Source: Octopus bimaculoides (Eukaryota). Taken from it: a stretch of DNA of 64,000 bases. The stretch covers positions 37,957,394 through 38,021,393 of the forward strand of contig NC_068989.1 in the NCBI RefSeq assembly GCF_001194135.2, given 5' to 3'. Numbering within the stretch: the stretch's first letter is position 1; each line of letters opens with the position of its first letter. Shown in pieces: positions 51,412 through 64,000 of this stretch. The notes under the pieces are model-generated. The model ran no database searches, was not told the DNA's origin, and was given only the letters and a program-made list of their open reading frames with translations. Made by a program: the position numbers and the translations under genes.

Positions 51412-51647
51412 AAATGTATCTCTCTGCAATACTCTGTGTGTTAAACGTGTTTATATGTGCTTTTTGTATGTAATTGTGTGTATGTTTACATCAACATGCC
51501 AGAGAAATGCATTCAGAAATACACACTAATATTCATTTTTTAAAAATATTTCTATCCCTATACTATTCACATAAACTGTTCAGTTGTCCAGTTTATACAT
51601 GCATCTACTAGCATATACTTATATAATTAAAAAATAAGTTGGTAACA

Positions 51648-51695
<48 letters not shown>

Positions 51696-51994
51696 TTAAG
51701 CAGAAAAGGGAGAAATCTTGATCAACAACAATTGACTAACATTGATTATTATTTTTTGATATAAAACTTTATCCCTTCTAACAGCCGTTTCTGCTTCCAG
51801 TGTCCTTTGGTGTTGCCATTGAATGTATATATATATATATATATATACATGCATACAGCTAACATGTAGCATTTATCTTTTGTACCCATACATTCACAAA
51901 GCATCAATGTTTGCTCTATAATATTACATGCACCAATATATATATATAATGCATTATATAATCTCTTAGGCAGTATCTATTTTGAAAATATAAG

Positions 51995-52059
<65 letters not shown>

Positions 52060-52188
52060 GTATATATATGGATGTATATGTATATATATATATATATGTA
52101 TACATGTATAATGTAAATGTATGTATGTACACACACCCACACTCAAACACACACCTGATATTTATATAATTGGGAGTTGTTTGTTTAC

Positions 52189-52356
52189 ATATCCAAAAGC
52201 CACGAAACCATATATTTTATTATTTGCAATCTCACAGGGAAGACTTGCATAACATTCATTATGAGAAATTCCAGTGAAATCTTTCTGCAGCCATAACCTT
52301 GTACCAATCAAGAAAGAGTTGTAATGGCAATCTTTCTTTTTCTCTTCTCTCTGTCT
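52189..52356 (-). CDS. Candidate coding exon (unknown product)
   Basis: Strong acceptor tttctctattttgttattccag|AGA and donor GGATAT|gtaaac; 168 bp, phase 0-0; RQREEKKKDCHYNSFLIGTRLWLQKDFTGISHNECYASLPCEIANNKIYGFVAFGY. Confidence 0.3.
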
Positions 52357-54023
52357 CTGGAATAACAAAATAGAGAAAGAAATAAAGAATAAGAAACAAA
52401 CATGCAGAATGAAGAAAGAGGGAGGAGGATAATATAAATTATTGTGGTAATACATTTGTGCAATGTTAAACTCTATGTTTTTCCTCCTTCAGTTTCTCTT
52501 TAATCTTTCTGCTTTTCATTCTCATTCAACAGAGAGACGTTGAATGAGAGACTTATATATATAGATAGAAAGAGAGGGATAAATGTTATGAAGATAATGG
52601 TAGTGGTATGTTTGTGTGATGTTAAACTCTGTTTTTCTTCCTCCTTCAGCTCTATTTGATGTTTTCATTTTTCTCTTTGTTGCTCATGAGGGAAGGCAAG
52701 GACTACTAGTTTAGCCATATAAATAACGATATGTGTGAATTTTGATCACCTGGAGATTACTCTTATACATATATTATATAACTATTTACTGTAACTCTGG
52801 GACCTTATAGATCATATACTTTACACAATAGAGTCAAAGAGATGTAGACTAAGAGAGAGAAGAGAGTGATAGTAATATTACCATCAGTTTGAAACCCTTA
52901 CTGAGTGAACTAGTTATCTAGTTTACATTGCTTTCTATTTTCTGTGGGAATGTGGTGTGGAATTCACCTCAAAATGATTCCGTTGTCTTTCATTACCTAA
53001 CAATGAGTATTTATATGGATTACAGTTGATTGAAATTCAGAAAAAGCACTGTAGATTTATGACATGTATTTCATTTAGGTAATAGTGTCTGGATCAAAGC
53101 AGACACTGCTGTAAAATTCTTTTGTATTCAGTGCATACTCTACAGCAGAATTGTTCTGTATTCAGTGAATGCACATTTTACGCATTTTTAATCATATACT
53201 GTTGGAAAAGAATACAGATTTATATTTAGAGCAACATTGAATAACATATGAAAATACATTAACACTATATTTATCTCTACATTTCTAATATATATATATT
53301 TAGTGTAATTCCAAAGGGCCATTTATCTTTCCAGCTGTATACATTTATTGATATGTGTTGGACTTGCCCAAATTGAAGAACAAACATATTCAAAACAACA
53401 GCTTATTGGAATCAACTTCCTGAGAGGATTCAGTTCTGGTTAGAATGTTGTGTGCATTTCATTTCATTTACACTTCATTGTCAATTTTGATTACTGCCCA
53501 AAAATCTTTGACTGAATTCATGATGCTCTACACAATTTTTTTTTCTAATTAATTAATAATCTGATAAATGATATTGCATAACAATTTGTTTAGAACTACT
53601 GACAATAATACACTAATGTGGTTTAGTATATTAGTTTCCATTTACCTATGTTGGGAAATCAATCTGTATACTTGCATAATTGTGTGAAAATACATTGATC
53701 TCATGGTTTGAGTGCTTGGCTTTGAATCATAAATTCTAGTCTTTGATTCTTGAACTAAGCAGCACATTGTATCTTTGAGTAAAGTACTTCATTTCACATT
53801 GCTCTCGTTTACTAAACGAGTATCAATCAAATACCGGTATGGCTCTCCCTCCCTTCCCCCTCTCTTTCTGGCAGTCATATTCTTGAAGTTTCACTTTATC
53901 AAGATGGTGGGGCTATGAGGGAGTCTATATCTGCTTGTGAATACATAAGTGCCTAAAACAATTGGCAAAAACATGGCACATGTCATACTCACTTGTAGTG
54001 ATGACTAAGCTAAATATGTATGT

Positions 54024-54089
<66 letters not shown>

Positions 54090-54254
54090 GAACAATGAAA
54101 ATTATAAGAATTATACAGGGTGAGAGTTTTACCTGGTTATTCTATATTTAAGGATTAGTTTCCATTTTCTGAGTATCATTACTCTTAAGGCATTAGCTAT
54201 ACATACCAAGTGGTTCTTTATAAAGCTGGTGTTGACTGTTGTGAAAAAAAAAAA

Positions 54255-54480
54255 AGGGATGAGACAGCTGGGTCATGCATTGAGAAAGGATGAAGGTAAC
54301 TGGTAACAGATTTGAGGAAACTTAAATTGGAGAAGGAAAGTTGAGGAAGAAGAACCCAAGTAAAATATGGCTAAATGCAATGGAAGTAAAAACAGAGGAA
54401 AAAGAGTGAAGAGAGTTTTGTGAAGAGATATTTAGAATATAGTGATAGTGAAGGAAACTGTCATCAGGCCACATGGCCAA
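54255..54480 (+). mobile_element. Old RTE-like LINE 3' fragment
   Basis: MRQLGHALRKDEG followed by a degenerate GRxRKxW-like segment. Confidence 0.4.
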
Positions 54481-55404
54481 ACCGTCTTTTAGCAAAGAAA
54501 ATGGCCTCAAAAGTGCTTATTTTAGAAGGCTTTAGTCAACATGGGACAATGCAAGAAAGCATTTTCCAAGGCCCAGTATAACTGAACCTTGACCCATTTG
54601 ACTGTAAACCAAACAACTTAAGAACATGATCATACTTGTACTCATATTTAATTAAAGAAAACAATGGGGAGAGTTTGTTGTTAGCAGTTTCTTTTAACCT
54701 GGATCATCTATGTGTCTCCATAAAAGAAAGTGTAATACTTTTCTGGCTCTACATTTGCGTAATAAAGCCAAGAAATAAGTCTTCATATTAACTTATGTGT
54801 TATACAATTTCTTAGGAGTGTCAGTTATGCAGTTTATGAGAGGCTGATGATTTAACACTATTGAGAATAATGTGCTATTAAGAAATTAAGATATATTGTG
54901 ATCCTTACAGAAAAAAGATGTGTGCAGCATCTTATTTAGGGTAAGAAGACCACAAAAGGTTGGCACTGATTGCTCGACACATGATCCCTGAATATCCTTG
55001 CAAGAAAGTCCTTATATCGCAGTAGTTTTAGATCAATTGGTACTTAAAAGAATAAAATATGAAATATAAAAAAATAACAATATTAGGGAAAAAATAAAGC
55101 AATATCTTAAGATTATTTTTTTTTAATGATTACACATACACAGAAGAATATATTATCATCCTCATTGCTTTTATTCATTCTCCATGCAGACATGTACTAG
55201 ACAGATTACTGTTGCTCTCCTAGAAGGATTCAAGAACCGCATCTTGCTTGTAAATTACGTTTGACTTGGTTTCTATTTCTCGATGCCCTTCCTAAAACTA
55301 CCCACTTCACTGAGCATGCTGAGTGCTTTTTTTCCCTGGCACCTGGCATAACCACTAAAAACAATAGATGTGAAGCATGATGGATAATAGGTGGTGTCTG
55401 TGCC

Positions 55405-55453
<49 letters not shown>

Positions 55454-55469
55454 TCCCTTTACTCTTTTT

Positions 55470-55890
55470 ACTCTTTTACTTATTTCAGTCATTTGACTGC
55501 AGCCATGCTGGAGCACCGCCTTTATAGTCGAGCAAATCGACTCCAGAGCTTATTCTTTGTAAGCCTAGAACTTATTCTAACGGCCTCTTTTGCCGAACCA
55601 CTAAGTTATGGGGACGTAAACACACCAGCATTGGTTGTCAAGCGATGCTGGGGGGACAAACAGACACACAAACATATACACACCCATACATATATATATA
55701 TACATATACGATGGGCTTCTTCCAGTTTCCATCTACCAAATCCACTCACAAGGCTTTGGTCGGCCCGAGACTATAATAGAAGACACTTGCCCAAGGTGCC
55801 AAGTAGTGGGACTGAAAACGGGACTATGTGGTTGGTAACCATGTGGTTGGTAAGCAAGCTACTTACCACACAGCCACTGCTGCACCTGTG
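55470..55890 (-). mobile_element. SINE family A copy
   Basis: Reverse complement of the 10559 element over its full length, including the internal microsatellite. Confidence 0.85.
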
Positions 55891-56206
55891 TACATATACA
55901 TATATATATATATATATGTATGAATGTATATCTTTATATATATATATGTCTCTCTGTCTATCTGTAATTATTTGGTTTTATTTCAAGATTTCTTGCCAAT
56001 AGAGAAAAAATAGGTTTCTAACTAAGATCCGAGGCTCCTTCATTGGAATTTCAACATCAACAGGGTATTTTTGTATGTATGTATACGTGCAGAGTTGTAT
56101 GTTTTGAATTATGTATGTCTTTTCACACATATACTTGCATGTGTATAAACATGCATATATATATATATATAGACATAGAAAGAAAGAGGAAGAGAGGGAA
56201 GAAATA

Positions 56207-56492
56207 AATGATGCTGAAAATGCAGTAAGTATATATGAAGATTTATTTATATTAAAAAAAATATATAAATACACTTTACTGGTTTCACACTTGTATGATT
56301 TAAAAAATTGTACATTATGATGTAGTGGAGCTGTATCACAAACTGCATTAATACAACTTGTGACACAGCTCGATGTTTCACATAATGTACACTTTTGAAA
56401 ATTATTCAAGTGTGAAACCAATTAAGTGTACATATATTTTTATAAATTTACTTAAAATCTTCATATACACTTGGAGCATTTTCAACTTCATT
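56207..56492. repeat. Imperfect palindrome of about 290 bp (MITE-like)
   Basis: Nested paired blocks TGGTTTCACACTTG/CAAGTGTGAAACCA, TGTACATTATG/CATAATGTACA and GAGCTGTATCACAA/TTGTGACACAGCTC, plus outer TATATGAAGATTT and TGAAAATGC blocks. Confidence 0.8.
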
Positions 56493-57084
56493 TTTTATTC
56501 TTTACTTCTACTTGCATGGATTAATAATCATTTATACATACATACATACATACATACATACATACACACACGCATACATACATACATACATACATACATT
56601 CATGCATACCTACAGTAAACAATTGAGAAATCTGCAGTTACTCTGTCCAGATTACAAGTTCAAGTTTATACTTGTAATTATAAGGGCACTGAGATATGTA
56701 ACACAGCCTAAATACTTATCTTGAGAAATTAAGCTTCCTAAAATCAGAAAGGAGAAAGCTGATTTGAAGATCCAAGCCATCACTAAAACTCTAAAAATAT
56801 GCAAAACTTTCCAGAAGTTTATCATTTAAGTATAGACATATACATACATATATACACATACAATTGTGTATATATTTGTGATTAAATATATATATTACAT
56901 ATATACATATATAATTGTATATATATTTGTGATTAGATGTATATATATATATATGTTTATGCATATAATATATTTACTATATATAATAAACAATAGAGGT
57001 TGGCATCAGGAAGGGTATCCAGCTACACAAAACTCTGCCTAACATACTCTCATCTGGTCCAAGCAAGTAGGGGTTGGATAAAAT

Positions 57085-57550
57085 AATGGAAACACCTAGA
57101 ATCATGGCATCATAATTTTGAAATATCTATAAAACCGTCAAAAGCTTGCTTGATTTTATGTTTTTTGATTTATTACTAGTGTTGCTTAATATGTTTTGCT
57201 AAAATTGCTGTTTCTTTTGAGATATCATCAGAAAAAAGTAATTAAAATTCATTAAAATGACTGATCTATCAGACTTTCAAAGCAGTCAAATTGTTCATGC
57301 TCGTATGACAGGCACTAGTGTAACGAAAACAGCCGAAATATTTGGTGTATCAAGAAATACTGTATCAAAAGTAATGACAGCCTATGAGAAAGAAGGAAAA
57401 ACAAAACTTCAGAAAAATGCCAAAACTTTGAGATACGGACCGTCAGATTCTTACATGAATTGTAAGAAAGGATCACAAAAGTACAGCTCCCAAAATTACT
57501 GCAGAGCTTAATGACCAACTCAAGAACCTAGTTTCCACAAAGCTCCAAGT
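57085..57550 (+). mobile_element. Truncated Tc1-like element (5' part and HTH of the transposase)
   Basis: MTDLSDFQSSQIVHARMTGTSVTKTAEIFGVSRNTVSKVMTAYEKEGKT is a Tc1 N-terminal paired-like HTH. A frameshift follows and no DDE domain is present. Confidence 0.8.
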
Positions 57551-58371
57551 TCTAGTTCAAATATCCTATGAAAATGAAGAATATTATTTTCACACTTCTT
57601 TCGCAGACACTGACTGGCATCGGAAGTGGAAATGGCCATAAGAATTGTTATGTCACATAAATGTTATGTCATGTTTTGTATTAAATAATAAGCTACAGAT
57701 GTGGTCCAATTGATTTGTTTGTTGATCTGAAGTTTTCTCCATTTTCTGATTATTTATATATATATACGTGTAAATTTACTCAGAGAAAATAACTCAAAAG
57801 GTTTTGTGGCATGAATTTAGATTTCAAAGTTAAAGGATGTTGAACTGAATATCTTACATGATAAATTCTCAGTTTATCAAAATTTTCCTTGTGTGCAGTG
57901 CAAGAAAACAAAAATTTAGTGTTGTTTGTTATTTAACAACTCTGAGAGAGAAACGGAGATAATTTTATGAAATTATAAATAATTTCCTAGCTGAATTAAC
58001 ATGTTAAGCGAAACCCAGATCATCTGATTATCATTTCAGAGAAGGAAGATAATCACATTAAGAGAAATTTTCTGGAGTCGACTTGAGCCAAAAGAAAATC
58101 TATATTTTCAAAACTGGTTTATTTTCAAAATATTGAAGCTTAACTATATTGCATTTCATTTGCATAATTATTTTGTTCAGCTTACTATTCTGCAAATGTT
58201 GTTGTATACAACCTTTGTTGATATATCTTTTAAATTGTGAGATTTTAGAAAATGGCATCTTTGAGAATCTACATATATATATGCAAGAATGCTGATAATA
58301 GTATAGTTTATATCTTTTACTTACAGCTTGTTTACAAGAAAACATTCTAGTAACAGTTTTATATTTCTGTT

Positions 58372-58785
58372 ACTCTTTACTCTTTTACTCTTTTACTTGT
58401 TTCAGTCATTTGACTGAGGCCATGCTGGAGCACCGCCTTTAGTTAAGCAAATCGACCCCGGGACTTATTCTTTGTAAGCCTAGTACTTATTCTATCGGTC
58501 TCTTTTGCCAAACCGCTAAGTTACAGGGACGTAAACACACCAGCATCGGTTGTCAAGTGAGGCTGGGGGAATAAACGCAGACACACAAACACACACATAC
58601 ATATATATGTATACATATATACGATGGGCTTCATTCAGTTTCTGTCTACCAAATCCACTCACAAGGCTTTGGTCGGCCCGGTGCTATAGTAGAAGACACT
58701 TGCCCAAGGTGCCACACAGTGGGAATGAACCCAGAACCATGTGGTTGGTAAACAAGCTACTTACCACACAGCCACTCCTGCACCT
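58372..58785 (-). mobile_element. SINE family A copy (well preserved)
   Basis: Full-length reverse-complement match; retains many CpGs, which suggests a young copy. Confidence 0.88.
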
Positions 58786-59106
58786 GTTGTGTAAGTTTTG
58801 TTAACAATAATTGTGTTTTTACAGTTTAGTCTAAAATAATATTTGCAGAACCTCCCAAGTTAGTGATGTTCATGGTACTTATATTCAGCTGGAATATTTG
58901 GATGTGAAGAAAGCAATTAACTATGGAGTTTCAATGGTGTTGCAGTTCTGAACAAAAAAAAAAAAAATGAAGGATGTGCTTTGTATGAAATTTAAAGGTT
59001 GAATGAGATATATGAGTATTATAAAATGAAGAAATGTGGGTAAACTGATTGAGGCTTGTGTGATGTGATGTGACACACAATAATAGAGAAGCATGAATTG
59101 TTTTAG

Positions 59107-59326
59107 ACCTTTTGATACCAACCCGGCTGAAACTGCCTCTGGCTCTGTAGTACAAATGTCTTGTTTTCATAAGTTTTGTATTAAATCTTCCACCAAACCT
59201 TAGTCACAATTTATGTTCCTGACACTAGCTTAATGGATAACTAAGTTATTTTACTAAATTTTTTTATATTTATAATTAGTTGAAAGAAACACAGAGCATC
59301 TCAAAATAAATATGGTAATGAAAGGG
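59107..59326. mobile_element. piggyBac-like MITE (second family)
   Basis: Ends ACCTTTTGATACC and GGTAATGAAAGGG with degenerate TTAA-like flanks; about 220 bp. Confidence 0.5.
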
Positions 59327-60431
59327 TTTAATAATCCTTTCTACGATAGGAACAAGACCTGAAATTTTGGAGAAGTGGGATAGTTGATTACATTGACCTC
59401 AGTGATCAAATGGTACTACTTTATCAACCCTGAAAGGATGAAATGCAAAGTTGACTTTGGCAGAATTTGAACTCAGGACATGAAGCTGGATGAAATGCTG
59501 CTAATCATTTTGTCCATTATAATAATGGCTGAAAACACATTAAGAGTATATACTACCTCTGGCTGTTGTGGGGTAATGAATAATATTTGCTAATTAGTTT
59601 AATTATCTATTTCCCAATGCTGTTTTCCCAGATATATGAGGAGTAATAATTTAGAGGGTGCACTTGGTTTTTATATAGAGCCAGCAGCATTCAGAGATGA
59701 ATTATATTTTGGCCTTTAAAAGAAAGGTTAGACAAAATGTGATTCAATTATACTGTTATGCGATCTTGATGAAAGATCACCAGATATTGTGAGACTTAGT
59801 GTTTGTTATGACTGAGAAAGTTTTACTAGAGAGATTTTCATGAATAGAGATGTTGTTTTGTGTTTCTTTGATATGATCAATTACTGTTTTGTTGTTGGTT
59901 AGGATTAGTTTGGAATGTACCTAGAATAAGGATTAATCCACAAATGAGCCACCAGTAATATATATATAAATGGAGTAAATTTACATTGAGGAGTGCAACA
60001 TACAATTTTCTGAAAGTTAAATGGCCTCATGGTCCCACCAGACAAAATGAAAAAGATGTTGTCCTAGAGAGTGACAAGGCAGCTGCAGTGGAACAAGCAC
60101 TCTGACTTACAGGACTCACACATGTGGGCAACCACCTCCATCTCCTTTAGCAGTGATTGTTTCTTTGTTGAAATGCGTGAAATAATTATTAATTGATTTG
60201 TAACATCAGTACATTTAAAGAGAGGTTCTGTAGTTGATTAAATTGATCTCTAGTATTTAACTAGTACTTTAGTTTATTGGTCTTGGACAAATAAAAAGCA
60301 AAGTTGACCTCAGCAGGATTTGAACAAAGAATGTATCTTTCTAAATACTGTTAGGCATTTTGTCTGGTACTATCATGAATTTGCCAAATTTATCATTAAT
60401 TGTAAATTCCACCATATCTATACTACTTCAA

Positions 60432-60645
60432 GGAGGTGAGCTGGCAGAATCGTTAGCATGCTGGGTGAAATGCATAGCGGTATTTTGTCTGCCGCTATGT
60501 TCTGAGTTAAAATTCTGCCGAGGTTGATTTTGCCTTTCATCCTTTCAGGGTCAATAAATTAAGTACCAGTGAAACATTGGGGCCGATGTCATCGACTAGT
60601 CCCCTCCCCACAAATTTCAGGCCTTGTGCCTTCAGTAGAAAGGAT
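60432..60645 (+). mobile_element. tRNA-derived SINE, family B
   Basis: GGTGAGCTGGCAGAATCGTTAGC...GTTCTGAGTTAAAATTCTGCCGAGG...TTTGCCTTTCATCC...AAGTACCAGT. Other copies at about 865-1065(+), 2300-2430(-), 7113-7305(+), 24725-24990(-), 25500-25640(+), 27510-27710(-), 46190-46410(+), 47140-47325(+), 47848-48060(+), 48375-48580(+), 59330-59515(-) and 60200-60400(-). Confidence 0.85.
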
Positions 60646-63600
60646 ATCTATACTATTTCATTCATAGAATTTGCCATAAAATTTCGCTCTTGTCTCTATT
60701 GCTCAACTGCTAGAAGAAAGCAAATGCACAAAATATAATGTATCTTTTCATACATACATTGTTAATATATTTAAACACATATCTATGTTACACATAATTC
60801 AGTCAGCAGGATTTGACAACATTACTAACCATGGACTGGTATCTTGTGCTGAGCAAATTTTCTCTTGTCTGATTTATGTTAAGTACTAAACAGCAGATCT
60901 ATATATTCATGTAACTCATACAATTATTTATTTCACAAGCACATTGGTATACACATACTGTTTTCATGATGAACATTCAGTTATTTAATCAATGGAATAA
61001 CCTGCTTATTATATAAGCATGCAAACAGCTGAATGTTCCACAAACATGAATATTGTTAATGTAATTTTTAAGTAGATTCAGCATATTAGATCTTACCAGG
61101 TTGCACCTCTGAATTATAAGTACAATCCATGTGACAAGTTTCACCTCAGCTTCTACCTGCTAGGTTTCCCTTACAAGGCTTGGGATGGGTAAAAATCGAG
61201 TAAAAGACACCTGCTCAAGATGGTATTGCATAATTTTGAAGTAAACTACTTAACCATTCATACATAGACACACATGCACACTCACATGTACACCCTGCTA
61301 CATACACTCACACTTGTACATATGCATACAATAGGCTTCTGTGCAATAGAATTGTGATGCAAACTTCTCAACCACACATCTTTTTCTTTCTATTTCTCTC
61401 TCTTCTATTTATCTATGTGTGTGTGTGTAGCTATATTCTTTTTTGCTACTTTTTGCTTAGAAGAGAAATAGAATTTCTGCAAACTTTTAAATATGCCAGA
61501 AGACCGTTTTGGTATCATTACCATGATGTAGCCTAAATTTATTATATACTGTTGCAGTATACTAAATATCAGATTAAGTTTACTTCACAAACACATGTAT
61601 AAACATTTCCACCCATTATTCTTATAGTTACTACTGATTATTTAGAACGCCGTTTAAACTTTATATTCTAATGGGGGAAAATGGCTTCATTAAAAGATTT
61701 TTTTGTAGTTCAGCTTTGTTTATCCATGTAGTTTGCATAATAACACCCAACCATTGTTTATTTGAACTTGAGCTGTGAGTTCTTATTTCTCTTTTATTGA
61801 AACCAAATGCTTGAATATATAGATTTCTTTTTATAACTGTTGTAAGTAACTCACTACTACATCAGTCTACAAATTGAATTATTGCAAGAAGTATTTCTGT
61901 AGAATATAAAAACCAATCTCAACATTAAAATCATTATCTGCAAATAAATTTCTTTGAGGATTTGGATAGATGATAGAGTGTAGAATCTTTTTGGAAAATA
62001 TTTATTTCGTTATTCTTTTTCTCTTTTTGTCTTGAATACCATATTTTATTCCAAATTTTTCATGTATATATAATTCTTTTTATATGGAATATTAAATCCA
62101 CCCTAACTCCTACAGCAATCATGCTTATTATCTTGAGTTTAGTGTTGGAATTCATTCTTTGATAAATATTATTTATTCAAAATTTACCCACTTATGATAG
62201 CATGCACTTATCAAAAAATGTGACAAAATTTGAGAATAGAAGTGTTAGCTACATAGAGACACTTATCGTTAAATAGTGTTTTTCTAATAAATATATTCTT
62301 AAATACTTAAATAAATGCAGAGTCTTCCACAAATCATTTCACAGACAAAGAATATTTGTATATATGAATTTAAGCATTTAAATATTCTATATGAGAGAAT
62401 TTATTTAAAATGCTTTCTACTTTCTCTTGTAATTCAATATGATCCTTTCTCTATTACAATTAACAAAGTGGATGGTCCTTTCAATCATTCAAAAACTATC
62501 TTTTACCAAAAATTCCACTCCTCCCCACACACTTAATTATTATGTGGCAGGCCTTTCCATCAAAATCCAGGTGTGACTTCATACTGAAAAGTCACAGTTG
62601 ATCTAGTTAACACTGGCATATTAACCCAATTAATAATGGTTCACTAGATTTTATTTTGCTAATGAGGTCTAACAAGACTGAAACATTTTCCGAATTTTTA
62701 CCATATTGCCAAAACAAAATACCTCCCTATTGCATTCTGTTTCTTTTTATTTTTATTGTCTTATATTAATTTTGACTGACTTAAAATCACAAGAGGTGTG
62801 ATTTTTATTGATTAAAACATTCTCTTTCAATACTATATGTACATTAACACCCATTTTAAAAATTTATATTCTGCTGCACTATTTTTCTAGCAAAGACATT
62901 CAGTTTTCACTGGCTTAGTTCAAGAAGCTGTAACTATGTAATAAATAGGGAAGGATACAAAACATTAATAAGCAGGGCATTGTACTCCTGGCATGTTTAA
63001 GTTTCTATTTATTGCTGGTGTTAAGATATCCCATGAGACAGATTAGTTTCTGGAGAGAAAGTAGATGGTATCAGAACTATTATTTTCTAAGGTAAGGCAA
63101 GAGTGACACTCCTATAGTTCCTTTCACAGAAACAATTAATTGATCAATTAATTAATCAATGAATCAACCATAAAAAATAGGCATAGTTCCTCATAACAAT
63201 GTAACAAATCACAAGGTAATGCAATATAATGCAAATGATAGAGCTTTAATCAGCAGCTGTTGTATGTAGCACAATAAATACTGGATCATGCAGTGGAAGT
63301 GGGCAGTACATAAACCCTGAAGGGAGAGATAATAAAATCAAAGGGCTTGGCAACAGAGCGTGTAACACAATAAACACAAACATATAGTAGATCATTAATG
63401 GTAATTAAAATATTTATTGAAATAAGTGGTGGAAGTAATATTTACTTTTGATTTAGTTTAGGCAGATCTACAATGGATAAGAAGCAAACGGAGAGGCTGA
63501 ACACAAATATAAGATAGCTGGCCATGCTTATGTTTGTATGCATGTGTGTCTATGTGTTTGTGTGTATTTGTTGAATATAAACCAGGCAGTGTACATTTAT

Positions 63601-63837
63601 ATCATTTATATGAGCTAAATGTGAACCTATTCTAGTTCCAGCCTACGGTTGGTGAGAATCGAAATATCAGATAGGATATTTTGGTTGTGTACAACGGAGA
63701 AACAAACACTATAAGTATTCATCACCTTAGGGGCAGGTCCAAATCATGCATTACTTTGAACAGTATATTGTTGGTATACTCTAGGGTGTCCGACAAGTCA
63801 TAAATTCTCTTGGTGTATTATAATCAATTGAATGATA

Positions 63838-63901
63838 ACATACAATGGATAATTGTCAGCTCATTACAGCTGTAATAAACTGACAATTATCCATTGTATG
63901 T
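63838..63901. repeat. Near-perfect 64-bp palindrome
   Basis: Perfect 22-bp arms ACATACAATGGATAATTGTCAG/CTGACAATTATCCATTGTATGT around an inner palindrome ATTACAGCTGTAAT. Confidence 0.85.
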
Positions 63902-63937
63902 CATTCACTTGATTATATATATATATATATACATATA

Positions 63938-64000
<63 letters not shown>

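Noticed and set aside
31076-63815. Scattered motif resemblances to CatSper gamma (KRIYDLSDTLEY at about 63.8 kb, LPCx7YGF at 52.2 kb, WKLCENPP at 31.7 kb)
   Set aside because: Memory-based matches of a few residues each, expected by chance across six frames. The intervening lengths do not fit, so they are not supportable without a profile search.

Overview
AT-rich, microsatellite-dense eukaryotic genomic DNA with seven N gaps. The SINE, Helitron, Penelope and RTE content matches my recollection of octopus (coleoid cephalopod) repeats, so the taxon is an inference. Most recognisable sequence is transposon-derived: two tRNA-derived SINE families; near-full-length mariner (DD34D) and maT/rosa (DD37D) elements; a pogo/Tigger MITE; a Tc1 fragment; a THAP remnant; two non-autonomous Helitrons; piggyBac-like MITEs; RTE and R4/Dong-like LINE fragments; and Penelope-like RT and GIY-YIG fragments. 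No host gene can be named. The best host-gene signal is a minus-strand, phase-consistent three-exon model (4852-4731, 3531-3313, 2066-1734) that starts with a signal-peptide-like segment, with a candidate CCAAT/TATA promoter near 10.1 kb. Weaker exon-like segments occur at 41.4-41.8 kb and 52.2-52.4 kb. The most notable structures are a type I hammerhead-ribozyme fold at 11097-11158, a ~1.1 kb foldback with a decayed hammerhead near each outer end, and several other long palindromes that could form dsRNA. I found no rRNA, tRNA or CRISPR loci and cannot demonstrate a wholly new biological system. All alignments and folds were done by eye.
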